Assembly: GCA_031835245.2 (NCBI GenBank)
Contig: JAVKOQ020000090.1
Span: 124,001-183,750, forward strand
Direction: 5' to 3'
DNA from: Balamuthia mandrillaris
Taxonomy: Eukaryota
DNA: 59,750 nucleotides
Shown here piece after piece: positions 32,242 through 45,982 of the stretch. Position numbers and translations under genes: made by a program. The notes below the pieces were generated by a model that had not been told where the DNA came from, did no database searches, and saw nothing but the letters and a program-made list of their open reading frames with translations. Every line of letters starts with the position of its first letter. Positions within the stretch are counted from its first letter, which is position 1.

Positions 32242-33090
32242 ATGAACCAACAACAACAACAACTGCAACAACGGACTAGCGCAAGCCCCCCCACCAAGCG
32301 GCCTACTGCTGCTGCGGCTGAACGTCCCTCTTCTAGCGATGGTGGTGGCCCTGAGTCGGCATCAGAGAGACAACTGCGCAGTCCTACTAAGAAGAGAAAA
32401 CAACAACAACAAGAAGAAGGGGAACGCCTGGGGGAGGAGATAGGCGTAGTAGCGGGCAAGGAAACGTCGGAAGGCGGCACGCCACCCACCGACGATGACA
32501 ACAAGAGCAAGAAAAGTAAACAGAAAAAGAACAAAAGCAAGAGTAACAAAAAGAAAGCCAACGAGCGGACGAGCAGCGCAAAGAAGGGAAGCGATGATCC
32601 ACACCCCCAGGTGCGTGCCTTTTTACTAGAGGGCGTGCTACCTGACGGCTGGAAGGTAGAAACGAAGCAAAGGCAAGCAGGAGCAACGATTGGCAGGACT
32701 GACACCTACTGGTACACTCCCAGCGGTCAGAAGCTTCGTTCCAGGGTAGCGGTTGTTGCCGCTCTCCGCAGTAATGCCGAGTTATCACTGCCATCCGACA
32801 CCGCTGCCTCTACAACCGAAAAGGCTGCAGCGCCAAAACAGCAACACCAAAAGCGGAAGGGAGAGGGGAATGGCAAGCAAGACGAGGAGGAAGAGGGGGG
32901 AGAGGAGTATGAAGTGGGCGCTATTCTGGACAAACGCATGTTTTGGGACGCAGAGAGTAACGGAGTGGCTGTGGAATATCTGGTCAAGTGGAAGTATTAC
33001 GGTGAACAAGCCAACAGCTGGGAACCTGAACAGAATCTTTTGCCGAGCGCCAAGCAAGCCGTTGATGACTTTGAGGCCACGCTCAAATGA
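32242..33090 (+). CDS. Methyl-CpG-binding domain (MBD) plus chromodomain protein
   Basis: MBD LPDGWKVETKQRQAGATIGRTDTYWYTPSGQKLRS. Chromodomain EYEVGAILDKR...EYLVKWKYYGEQANSWEPEQNL. Confidence 0.88.
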   Translation: MNQQQQQLQQRTSASPPTKRPTAAAAERPSSSDGGGPESASERQLRSPTKKRKQQQQEEGERLGEEIGVVAGKETSEGGTPPTDDDNKSKKSKQKKNKSKSNKKKANERTSSAKKGSDDPHPQVRAFLLEGVLPDGWKVETKQRQAGATIGRTDTYWYTPSGQKLRSRVAVVAALRSNAELSLPSDTAASTTEKAAAPKQQHQKRKGEGNGKQDEEEEGGEEYEVGAILDKRMFWDAESNGVAVEYLVKWKYYGEQANSWEPEQNLLPSAKQAVDDFEATLK

Positions 33091-33213
33091 GAAACAAAAG
33101 ACTCTCATCACCAAACGCCAAAGTCAAGAGGTTCTGTATCAGAACAACTAAGATAATGGCAATTCAAAAGAAAAATGCGTTGTTGTTGGCGTTCAACATG
33201 CCTACTGCCTGCT

Positions 33214-34007
33214 TCATCCAAGCTTGTGGTCAGGGGCAGAAGAAAGAGGAGTCAAAGAAAATGTGTGAACAGAAGGAGAGGCACACGATAGAGGATGGCA
33301 ATATACAAAATAGTAGGCTGGCTTCTCGCAATGTACGTGGGTGAGCCCCGGCACCGGAAGGTTCCGCGACACTAACACGTTTCCAGGTTTCCGTTGTACA
33401 AAGGCGGCAAGGGCTTGCTGTAATGCAGGGTCCTCCATCTGTGCGGGCACCGTCCATATGTACACCTGTTTACAATAACAACACAAATGAATGGCTGGTA
33501 GTCTGTTTTGTTTCTTGTTTCTCGTTTCTTGTTTTTTTGTTTGCTGTTGGTTTGGGAAGTTAGGCGAACCTTAGTGGCCTCGTCGATCCAAGAAGTGTCC
33601 CGTATAAAGTCGGAGACGCGATACCGAACGTTTGTTTCCACGTCGAGGCCTAATTCTTTTGCTCGTTGCGTGGCCGTATTGACGAGCTTTTCCTTGATGT
33701 CCAGCCCTAACGCTTTACAACCCGTTGCCAACGCGCATTGGTTGAGCACATCTCCTTCGCCACAGCCCAGGTCCACCACAAGGTCCTCCTTGGTAACACC
33801 GGCCAGCGTCACAAACAGCTGAGCAAGGTGAGGGGGAGTCACGCAGAAGGGAGCCTTCTTGGATAGGTCCCCATAGTCAAAGAAAAACTCGTTGTGGAAA
33901 GGCATTTCTTCCGTTTCATCCTCCTCCTGCTCCTCCTGGTAGTGGAGCTCATGAGGCTGGCTGCTAGCTGCTCCTTCAGCTGTCCCGTTTTCCTGCTGCT
34001 GCTCCAT
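33214..34007 (-). CDS. Class I SAM-dependent methyltransferase (FAM173/DOT1-like group; 2 exons)
   Basis: APFCVTP...LAGVTKEDLVVDLGCGEG, LGLDI, DF...EATKVYIW. Confidence 0.8.
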
Positions 34008-34374
34008 GTGTGCGGCGCGGGTGGTGGTGGTGCTGTCCCCCCAGCTTGTCCCGCCTAAACCATGGAGCACCTTAAATGATTTTCAGGAGGAACCTTATGC
34101 TTGCTAAGGAGGCACCTTAATTTTCTTTAAGAAAGGGGTAATAGATCGATCAGTGAAATTGCGGTGGTGATCATGGAGATTATGGGGAAATTTGGCCTCA
34201 CGTGCACGGGGCATGGTTGGCCTGCACGGGGCTTTTCGCTGCGAACAGCAGCAGCAGCAGCAGAGCATCCCACCTCCCCCTGTCTTGTCTTCTCTTGTCT
34301 TATCCAGCCAGGAACAAAGAGCAGTGGCAGCACCACACAGAGCATCCACATAAGCACTGACAAACCATTAAAAA

Positions 34375-35057
34375 ATGAAGTACTTTGTATGCACAGATGG
34401 CTCCAAGAACAGCAGGGAGGCACTGGAGTTTGCCTGCAGCTTCCTTGGCTCTGGGAAAAAGGACGAGGTGGTTTTGGCCAGCTTCTGGGAGGAACCCAAC
34501 ACACTGATGCCCACCAGCAATTTCGACGTGGTGGTGACAGGCTTACCCCCCGTGCAACTGATGCAAGAGCAGGAAGACGAGGAGCGACTACGAAGAATGA
34601 ACCGAGCCCAGAACATCTTGGAACAGGAAAAGGCATTTCTGATGGAAAAAGGGGTACACACGCGCGCCTCATTTACCCTGTACCCCTTTGTGTTGTTCCT
34701 CCATGGTGTAATGTAACGTGTGGGCGAGTAAATAGGTACCAGAGCACATCATAAAACTGGTGAACTCCCATTCAACCAGTGTAAGAGAGGCCATCATTGA
34801 AAAGGCACAAGAGGAAGCTGCTGACCTTATCGTTGTAGGTAGCAGGGGCCTAGGCCTTATTAAAAGGTGCCCACCACCGTCTCTGTAGGGAACTTGTTAA
34901 TTACTAACTGCTAACTTTCTCTCCCCCTCTCTCGCTCTCCCTCTCTCCTTCTCTCTCTTTTCTTCGCATAACAAGGCTTCTGCTTGGCTCTGTAAGCTCC
35001 TATGTCGTCACCAATTCTCCCATTCCAGTCCTGGTGGTCAAGCCACACGAGCAGTAA
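34375..35057 (+). CDS. Universal stress protein (UspA family; 3 exons)
   Basis: YFVCTDGSKNSREALEFA, DLIVVGSRGLGLIKRLLLGSVSSYVV, PVLVVK. Confidence 0.92.
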
Positions 35058-35205
35058 CGTAACAACAGCCAGCGTTTATAGAGGCATGCAGGAACCTTTT
35101 TTTTTCCTCCCTATGATAACGACCCTACATAAAACTCTAGTACTGATAGTACTACTGTCTTTAGCGAAAAAGGTCAGTCACTTGCTTTGGATGAGTACGG
35201 AAAAC

Positions 35206-35257
<52 letters not shown>

Positions 35258-35287
35258 CGAGAGAAGCGGATAAACAATACAATACAT

Positions 35288-37097
35288 TTAAAGTCGAGCT
35301 GTCAAATGTTGGCTGGAAGGAATAGAGGGCAACAGGGTAGAATGTTTGGCGCACAGTTCTTCCAAAGCAGCATCAAGAGCGCGGATGGCGAGGTCCACTT
35401 GGGAGCAGGTAATGACGATGGGTGGCTTGATTTTGAGCACGTTATGGAAGGGACCATCCGTGCCTATCAGCACGCCCCTCTCTTTCATGGCTTCGGCGAT
35501 CCAGGAAGTCTCTTCTGGGGCAGGCTCCAACGTGCTCCTGTCCCGAACCAACTCTACTCCCAGAAACAAGCCTATGCCTCTCACATCCCCTATAATCATC
35601 GGATACTTTGCTTGCAGCTTGCGGAGCTCCTCCACAAAGTATTGCCCGACCTTTAATGCGTTATCCTGTAGCTTCTCCTCTTCTATTACGTCCAACACAG
35701 CCAACCCGACTGCACATGCAACTGGGTTACCTAAACAAAAGAGAGAATGAGTAAAGCAAAGGGGAGAAGAGCAGTAAAGAGGTAACTTAAAAAAAAGTTT
35801 ATACCTCCGAACGTACTGAAGTACTCCATGCCATTGTTAGCAAAGGCATCAGCGATAGGCTTTGTGGTTACAACAGCGGCCAAGGGAAATCCGTTGCCAA
35901 AGGGCTTTCCCATGGTTACAATATCAGGAACAACGCCTTGCGTCTGGAATCCCCAGAAATGGGTGCCTACCCGGCCAAAGCCGACTTGTACTTCATCACT
36001 CACGCAAACGCCTCCAGCACTTCGTACATGGCGGAAGACTTCCTGCAAGTATCCATCCGGCAAAACTATCTGCCCAGCACAGCTCATCACGGGCTCCACG
36101 AAGAAGGCAGCAATGCCACCGCTGCTGCTGGTCATTTGGATGTGGGCGAGCTTGTCAGCCACTTGGCTGGCGTACTTGTGGCCTGCATCAGGATCGCCGT
36201 ATCTGTAGGGTCCCCGGAAGAGGTCCGGAATGGGGACCTTGTGGCAGTAAGGTGGCGCAACGAAGCCACCTGTTCCATCAAGCTTGTAAGGGCTGATCTC
36301 GATGGTGGCGGTGGTGGCCCCATGGTATCCCGTGGCCATCGACAGTATGTCCCGTCTTCCCGTGTAGCACCTTGCCAAGCGTAGCGCCAAGTCGTTGGCC
36401 TCGGCCCCGGAGTTCACAAAGAAGCAGACTTGCAGCTGCTCCGGCATTGTAGCTGCCAGCCGTTGCGCCAGTTTTACTATGTTGGGACTGAGATTAGAAG
36501 GAGGAGGAGGAGGAGAATGAGTGTGATTGCATGAAGCAGCGGCCGTTAGAGTTCGCTCATGTAAATAACAAGGCAGTGGCGGGCCTAACTTACTGAAGGT
36601 AACGCGTGTTGGTGTTCAACGTGGCCAATTGCTCCGCCGCTGCTTTTACCACCCGCTCGTTGCAGTGACCCACTGCCCAGCCATAATATTATTATTATCG
36701 TCAGCCACGTGAAGCAGTGAACCACCCTTGAGAAAAAGGAGCACAGACAAACAGAGGAGACAAAGAAGGCCTGGGGAGAGGGAGAGGCAGAGGGAGAGGC
36801 AGAGGGAGAGGCAGAGGGAGAGATGAACCGTGACAAACATTGTTAACCAGGTCGAGGTAGGGACGGTCGTTCTCATCATAAAGAAATGCGCCACGCCCTT
36901 TCACAATGAGCAATGGCTGTTTATACGAAATAGACTGGGCGCCGCTGTGCGCGTAGGAGGAGCCCATCAGTCACAATCCCGTTTTGCAGTCATTCATTAT
37001 TATTGTTGTGCAATACATACCATAGGAATCGTCTGCGCAACACAAGCAGCCCTTCCTTGTCCGTTGCGTGGCCTGCCGCGGGGCTCCCCTCCTTCAT
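35288..37097 (-). CDS. Class III PLP-dependent aminotransferase, ETNPPL/PHYKPL (AGXT2L)-like (5 exons)
   Basis: [53 protein letters not shown] lysine in [20 protein letters not shown]. Confidence 0.9.
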
Positions 37098-37276
37098 GTT
37101 ATTAGGCGGTGCGGCAGCCCAGCCCGCCTTTCCCTTTCTCTTTCTTTTTATTTATTTATTTATTTATCTCGAGACGTCTCTAATATTTATTATTTGCAGA
37201 AGAGGAGGAGCTTCGAAGAAGAAAGGAGGGGGGAGCACAGAGCCAGGCTTGCGGCGGCTAAAGTCTTTGGTCCAAG

Positions 37277-39023
37277 ATGTCTTCTCCATTGATGGTGTGT
37301 GTTTGTGAGTTTGTCTTGCTCTCTCCTCTCTTTCTCTTTGCTCTCCATGCTGGCAAGCGGCAAGCGGCAAGCCTCTTGAGAGTGAAGTGGCTACTAACGA
37401 CAGCAGCAACGATAGGTAACGATCTCGGGGGTGAGGGGAATCGTTGGGCAGAGTTTCACGCCAGCCGTGGTGTGCACCTATGTGGCTGCATTTGGAAGCC
37501 TGCTGCGTTCTCGCACGGGAAGTGGCGGTGGAGGCACACTCGTTGTGGGCAGAGACTCCAGGGTGAGCGGGCCTTGGGTCCTACAGCTGGTTTATGGCGC
37601 TCTCATGTCCCTTGGCTTTCGCGTGGTGGACATTGGCATAGTTCCTACTCCAACGGTTAGCACCTTTTTACTACTTGGGTGTGCGGCTCTGTTGGTGTTG
37701 TCTTATGTTGGTGGTGGTGGTGGTGTTGTCTTATGTTGGTGGTGGTGGGTAGGTGGGGTTGTTTTGCTGCCAAGAGTCTCACTCACTCCGCCCAACAAAC
37801 AAACAAAGGTACAATACATGGTGAAGAAGCTGAGTGCAGAGGGAGGCGTTATAATCACAAGCAGCCACAATGCGGAGCCGTGGAATGGCCTCAAGTTTGT
37901 GGATAGAGATAGTCTCTTTCTGTCCCCTCAGCAATGCGAACAGATGTTCAAGTTAGCGGAGGAGGGCCAGTTCTCCTTTCCAGCGTACACGGAAGTGGGT
38001 CACGTGGAGACACTTGACAGCGCAGCGCAGCAACACATAGAAGCCATCCTAGAGCTGCCCTACATCAAGCCAGAGAGCATAAAGGAGCTGGGCTTGAAGG
38101 TGGTGTTGGATGCAGTGAATGGGGCAGGTGGTCCCATCATGCTCTCCCTGCTGCAACGACTGGGAGTAGAGGTGGTAGGCTTGAACCTGGAGCCAACCGG
38201 CCTCTTTGCGCACCCTCCCGAACCTGTGCCTGCTCACTTGCAACAGATCTGCGACAAGGTGAGGGAAGAAGGGGCGGACCTTGGCATTGCTCTCGACCCC
38301 GATGCTGACCGGTGCGTTTTCATCAACGAGAGCGGGCAACCTTTGGGAGAGGAGTACACCTTGGTGATGGCCGTGAACTTCATATTGGGACATTGCGGCA
38401 AACGAGGCCCTGTTTGCAAAAACTTGTCCTCCTCTCGAGCCGTGGATGACGTGGCCGCCCTCTATAGCTGCCCTGTCTACGCCACCCCCGTTGGCGAGAT
38501 ACACGTGGCCAAGATGATGGAGGAAACGCACGCCGTCATCGGCGGTGAAGGCAATGGAGGTGTAATGCTACCTGACGTTCATATAGGCAGGGACTCTCTC
38601 GTGGCCGCCGCCCTTGCCCTTCAGCACTTGGCCGTCTTTTCTCAAGCCCAGCAAAGCAAGCAAACCATCAGCACTCTTAAGGGCACCCTCCCCCAATACC
38701 ATATCGTCAAACTTAAGGCCCCTATAGAGGGCATCGACCCTGAGGCCGTCGTTCGCCATTTCAAGGCAGCGTGGTCGGACAAGGCACTTGCCTTAGATGA
38801 AAGCGATGGCCTCAAGATTGACATCGACTATGCCAGGCTCCACCAACAGGAAAACGGAGAGGAGACCCCACTTCTTTCTGACAAAAGATGGGTGCACCTG
38901 CGCAAGTCCAACACAGAGCCGATCATTCGCGTCATCGGCGAGGCGGGGACGGAGGAAGATGCCTTAGCCACTTGTTCTCACTTCTTGGAGGAAATTCAAA
39001 AAATGGCGCTATCCTCCTCCTGA
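37277..39023 (+). CDS. Alpha-D-phosphohexomutase (phosphomannomutase/phosphoglucosamine mutase, bacterial-type; 3 exons)
   Basis: MSSPLM|VTISGVRGIVG, GRDSR, ITSSHN (phosphoserine loop), DPDADR (metal loop), GGEGNGG, LRKSNTEPIIR. Confidence 0.9.
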
Positions 39024-39506
39024 ACCCTTTTCTTCCTCCATCAGCTGCTTCATCTCACCTCGTCTTTCACTTCATCGTTCTCATTCTTCTCTTCACGTCA
39101 TCGTTCTCTTCTCTTCTCCTCTCTTCCGCTTTCTGAGTCATGTTTTCCCTGCTCTCCGTTTCAATCTCACAACCCTCTTTAAACACAGGATGGCGAAGTA
39201 GTACGTCGCATTAACACCACCATCACCAGATGCGAAGTGCCACTACTACATTGCAAGGGTAGTTTGTTTTTATACATTTGAAGTTACATTGTAAGTGGTA
39301 TGTCTTTTAACTAAGGCTAGCTGGTGGTTGTTAGGGTGGTTGTTGGGTGTGCGCTCGTGTGTGTGTATTTTTTTTTTGTACAGCATAAATACAATGTTGG
39401 TGAGAGTGAGTGGCTACAGCTGCTCAAGTAGTGGTAGACTAATCCAATCCACTTCATACATGTCGTTTTCTCTTGGGTAGGACCACGTTTGAACGTGAAG
39501 CAGAGC

Positions 39507-40226
39507 CTATTCCGTTGGCTCTCTTGCTTTCGCCAACTCGCCCTCGGCACGGCGGCGCCGTCTCCTGTAAGGTTTGATGAAGGCAAGGCCAGAGCCCAGG
39601 GAAGGTTGCTTTGCTGTGGGGGGGATGGCCACCCTTGCAACAATGGCAGCACTTCCATTGCTTGTGGAGAAGGAGGTGCACTGCCGTTGAGGCTGGTTGA
39701 AGGACATTTCGCAGCCCAAGTATGTCCATAGAGTAGAAGGGAATACCAACGGGGGAAAGACCTGCTCGGCTCTCTTTGTAGCGCCCTTAGCCTCCAAAAG
39801 ATCGGCATCTGCCCGTCCTGTTTCGCATCGAGGTTGGGCGGCACTAGCTTCAATTGTTCCTGCTCCTCCTTGTGCAGCTTTTCCTCCTCCATTTTTCCTA
39901 TCATCCCAGGGTCTCAGCTGGGGTTTCATCCTATCCTCATCAGCAGGATTGCTTCCAAGGAACATAGCATCCTCTTCTACGCTGCAAATTGTTGATGTGC
40001 GGTCATTTTCGGCGTCGGCCGTTTTACAGGTGTCCTCTTGCCCCATGACATCAGGGCTGAGGTACAGGTCTGTTAGAAAGCCTTCTCTGTCGTGGGGGTC
40101 GGTGGTCAAGTCAGGCTTGAAGAGAAAGTTCTCTTCGGCTTCTTGCAATGGCCACCTTCCCTCGAAAGGGTCTCTTGGGAACTCTTCAAAATCGTAGTCA
40201 AGGAACCAGTCCTGTATAAAGGCCAT
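39507..40226 (-). CDS. Hypothetical protein (acidic/aromatic N-terminus, basic C-terminal patch; possible in-frame 81-nt intron)
   Basis: ORF from ATG 40226. No recognised domain; RRRRRR could be an NLS. Confidence 0.45.
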   Translation of the reverse strand: MAFIQDWFLDYDFEEFPRDPFEGRWPLQEAEENFLFKPDLTTDPHDREGFLTDLYLSPDVMGQEDTCKTADAENDRTSTICSVEEDAMFLGSNPADEDRMKPQLRPWDDRKNGGGKAAQGGAGTIEASAAQPRCETGRADADLLEAKGATKRAEQVFPPLVFPSTLWTYLGCEMSFNQPQRQCTSFSTSNGSAAIVARVAIPPTAKQPSLGSGLAFIKPYRRRRRRAEGELAKAREPTE

Positions 40227-40676
40227 TTCGGTGAGGATTCTGTGGGACGCGCCAACAAGACTTAAGAGTAGCGAGGTGTGGATGTGACAGAAAGCCGTTC
40301 TACCCTTGGCACCTACGCCGAGCCAATACAGAATGAATAAATAAAAAAAGCAGCATCCCCATTTCGGGAAGGAGTCACAGTCAGGGGAACCATAAGTGGC
40401 CCACGAAGAAGCAAAGTGGTTGGGAACCAAAGAGCTTAGCACAGCCAAATTAGCGGGGTGGGATCGGGGACACTCTCACAGCTACCATGCCTTTTCGGTC
40501 AACTGTCCCGAAAAGGTAATTGCGGGCTTGCTCTTGGTGGCCACCACTCCGCTCCTCAGGATAATCTGTTGCTGTGCACCGTTTTGGTCTCCTTCTTCTT
40601 ATCCTTTCTTGCTCAGCTATTGCGTCTGTGCTCGCATATCTGTTCTCTTTTTGTTTTGTTTCATTTGCTTTTCGCT

Positions 40677-42528
40677 TCATTTGTTTACTAACAACAACGG
40701 GCCTTGGGGCACAGCACTGTCCTCATTGGGCGCTTCGCTCAAGAGTAATCCCTCTGGGTGTGAGGGGGATGGTGTTGAGTGTTGCGACTGCTGCTCCGTG
40801 TTCTGTCGGTTCCAACTGACTGGAGGAAGCAGTTGCGGTCGTTGAGCATAAAAAGTGGCAACACGCTGATGTCCTATACAGAAATAGTAGAGCAAGTCGT
40901 CGTATTTGTGGTCGTCCACTTCCTCGCCAGCAGCCGCTGCAGAACCGGCTTCCTCTTTAGCCGAGTCCAGTGATAGCACTGATTCTCGCTTCAATTGTTC
41001 TAATTCGCAGCAAAGATAGTAAATGGCCTCTATAGTAGACAAGCAATGGTTGCCCAGCGGTTGAAATCGCCAAAAGAAGGTCTCTTTGCCAGGGCCTAGC
41101 TTCACCCTCGGAAGCTGGCGGATGTGTTCGTGGTTTAGTACCAGACCAGCCCCTTCCCATGTTGACTCTATGAACACCGCTCGTTCTATCCGTCTCCAGG
41201 GTTGATTTTGTTCTGGTGGTCAAAGTCACCGACCGCAAATAGAAGAGAATAATCATAAATGAACGGTCACACCAAAAGAGAAAAGACAGCAAAGGAAGAG
41301 TGTACTAATAAAATTACCGTCATCAGGATCTTTGTCTGGCCACACAACGTCCTTCAGGCAGGTAGCATCCTTGGAAGGGAACAACACTACAGTTGTGGTC
41401 GGATCATATCGAGGGATGCCATTGGGAAAAGAAGTAAATACTCTGACTTGTTCTCTGGGACACAGCACAGCAGCGTGGATTGATGTGCAGCGGCTAGGCC
41501 GCAGTGAAGGATGGATCACTATGTCAATGCGCAGCGGCAGAACGAGGGCGTGCCCCTCTGGCCGTCGGCGCTCTCCATCAACGATCGATTCCCGTTTTGC
41601 TTGTTTGTTCTTGTTCACCTTTTTGACGCCGCGGTGGGGGCTCTCTCCTGTAGAAGCAATGGGGATGGAAGGCTCATAACAGTTCCAACAGTAGAGTGCA
41701 CGTTTAGCGTTACATTTGGGGCATTGGTGGGTCCCCTTCGCAAACGTTGTAGCGAAGGCGGCAGGCCGCAAGGCTTCCACCTTGAATGTCTGGTGCGGAG
41801 ATGGTAGCTCAGCTGACGAGGAACTTCCCATATCACAGACTTTGCCAAGCTCTTCCTTCCATTTTGCTAGCGCTTGTTGCTGTGCTGTCCTGCCAAAAGA
41901 TTCCACGAAACGCAATTAAAACGGAGGAGGAGGAGAAAGAAGAAGAAGAAGAAGAAGAAGAAGAAGAAGAAGAAGAAGAAGAAGAAGAACAAGAAGAAGA
42001 AGAAGAAGAACAAGAAGAACAAGAAGAAGAAGAAGAACAAGAAGAACAAGAAGAACAAGAAGAACAAGAACAAGAAGAAGAAGAAGAACAAGAAGAACAA
42101 GAAGAAGAACAAGAAGAAGAAGAAACAACATAAGACTACAACATAAGACAACGAGCACGAGCACAAAAAGGAGAAACTAACGTAAAATAGCTGCGGAGAT
42201 CATAAACTGTTTGAAAGAGTGTCATGGCGGCGTGTAAGCCTCCTCCTTCAAGGTTTGCTCCTGTGGTGCATTTGCTCCTCTCCCTCAAGAGCTTGGCGGC
42301 CACCACTTGAATGACTTGAAAGATGTTCTCCCGGCAGCGCTTTTCCTTGCCAAGAACGGCCTTGTGGTGCAACAACAGCACGTTGGCCAGACGCTGCGCC
42401 TTTCCTTGGAACTGGCGAGTGTGGAGGCCGCCGCTGCAGGCCGCCGCAAAGCGTTTGGTGAAGGCGGGGTTGCGCACCATTTTTGCCCCTTCTTTCGAGG
42501 TCAAGAACAAGCGTCCATTTGCGGCCAT
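40677..42528 (-). CDS. DTW-domain tRNA-uridine aminocarboxypropyltransferase-like protein (DTWD1-like; 3 exons)
   Basis: CPKC...YCWNC zinc site, IDIVIHP, TSIHA, VLFPS, VFIESTW, FWRFQ, LSTIEAIYY, YDDLLYYF. Confidence 0.85.
41939..42124 (-). repeat. (TTC/TTG)n microsatellite in DTW intron 1
   Basis: GAA/GAACAA tandem units on the + strand. Confidence 0.95.
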
Positions 42529-42898
42529 TATTCCCTTGTGGCTTTGGCTTTGGCTTTGCTGGTTGTTGTGCTGCTGCTGCTGCTGACGCCTCACAAACAA
42601 ATAAATAAATAAATAAAATAAATAATTAGAGTGGGCGTTTAACCACCTTTTGCGCTTGACGGTCGCTTCACGCCAACTCGCAGCGTCATCTCCAACCCCC
42701 CCCCCCCCTTCGCAGCAACCGAGCAGCAAGCAAGCAAGCAAGCAAGCAGAGTTGTGGTAGTGAGTAGTATGGGGCACCCCCCCACCCCCCTGCCGCTAGG
42801 AAGAAGGCAAAAGAAGCTACCCTGAACTAATACCACCACCACCACCACTAAAACCAACGCACTGTCCGTGAGCAGCCGGTCTGCCAGAGAGCACGGGC

Positions 42899-44796
<1,898 letters not shown>

Positions 44797-44799
44797 CCG

Positions 44800-44836
<37 letters not shown>

Positions 44837-45025
44837 CACTGGGCAGCAGCAATGGGTTGTTGTTTGTAGAGCAAAGAAATAAATAAACAAAGAGGGGAAA
44901 AAAACATAGGGATAGACACAAGGCTAGCTAGAGAGTCTAGACGCGGGAGGAAGAAGGGAAGGTAGAATGGAGGTGAAAGCCCAGGGCTTTTTTAGAGTGA
45001 GTTGGTTGCTGAAACCGGTCTAGGG

Positions 45026-45523
45026 TTAATCGATTCGCTTCTTTTGCCCCTTGCGCTCTGCCTTCTGCTTGTCGCCGCCTCGCTCTACGTCTTCCTCCCT
45101 CTCTTCTTCTGTGTCGTATTGTTCATCATCGCGGAGAGAGCCTTGAGGCTCTTCTTCCCAACGTTGTTGTAGGGCCATGTAAAGGCGTTTTCTGCGGTTG
45201 TACTTGTAGGGCAAGTAGATGGCCCAGATGGCCACCCACAACAGGCCCAAGAAGAGGAGGCACAGCCCTGTTGCAGGGTTGAGGTCAGCTTGCATAAGAA
45301 GGTAGATGCCACCCAAGAGGCTGGCAACAGGCAGCACCAAGGTGGTCAGCACGACATAGGCGTAGATGAACAGCTGTTTGAGGAGAGAGACACCTGCTTG
45401 CTCTTGGCTCAACAAAAATGAAGTCGAGGTGGTACGGTGACTATTCTTTTCCAGCTCGGAATCTTCTTCCAAAAGCAGTTTGATGTAAAAGCATTCGAAT
45501 ATGTCTGAGTCACTGGCCGCCAT
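45026..45523 (-). CDS. Small hypothetical membrane protein (two transmembrane segments)
   Basis: ATG 45523. Two hydrophobic stretches followed by a basic stop-transfer (YNRRKR) and a charged tail. Confidence 0.6.
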   Translation of the reverse strand: MAASDSDIFECFYIKLLLEEDSELEKNSHRTTSTSFLLSQEQAGVSLLKQLFIYAYVVLTTLVLPVASLLGGIYLLMQADLNPATGLCLLFLGLLWVAIWAIYLPYKYNRRKRLYMALQQRWEEEPQGSLRDDEQYDTEEEREEDVERGGDKQKAERKGQKKRID

Positions 45524-45982
45524 GGCTGATAGAAAGGCAAGACGCCAGAGAGGAGAGGAAAGGGAGACAAGGAGAGAGGCGATGCCACTCTTCCAATTGG
45601 GTTTCTGCTGGCGGTTGAGGGGCGGGCAATTGAGGGAAGAGCTGTCTCCTCTCTCCGCCGCCTCTGCTGTCACTGTCTCCGCGCGGGAGGCCAGGGCGCC
45701 TGTTGGACAGGGAGAGCAGAGGAGGAGCTCCTCTTCTCCTCCTTCCCGTCCTCTGGACCAGGTGCTGAGTGACGTCATCCCCTCTGGAAATTATGGCCTG
45801 TGTTGCCTTCCTTGGTTCGCCGTGGGTACCTGTTGCCTGGCACGCGGGCGGACCAGGGAGGGCAGAGGAGGAGGAGGAGGAGAGCCAACTTGCTATTATT
45901 ATTGCCTTTCTCTCTCTCTCTCTCTCATCGTTGGTGGCAGTGGCAGTGGAGGTGGCGCTGGTGGCACTGGGCTGCATACAAC

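Noticed and set aside
32242..34007. Functional pairing of the MBD-chromo gene with the convergent methyltransferase
   Set aside because: Convergent neighbours ~100-230 nt apart are the norm in this window, and the enzyme lacks DNMT or SET motifs.
40450..40680. Separate 76-aa gene downstream of the DTW gene
   Set aside because: No domain; it overlaps the DTW stop and probable 3' UTR. At most an alternative last exon.
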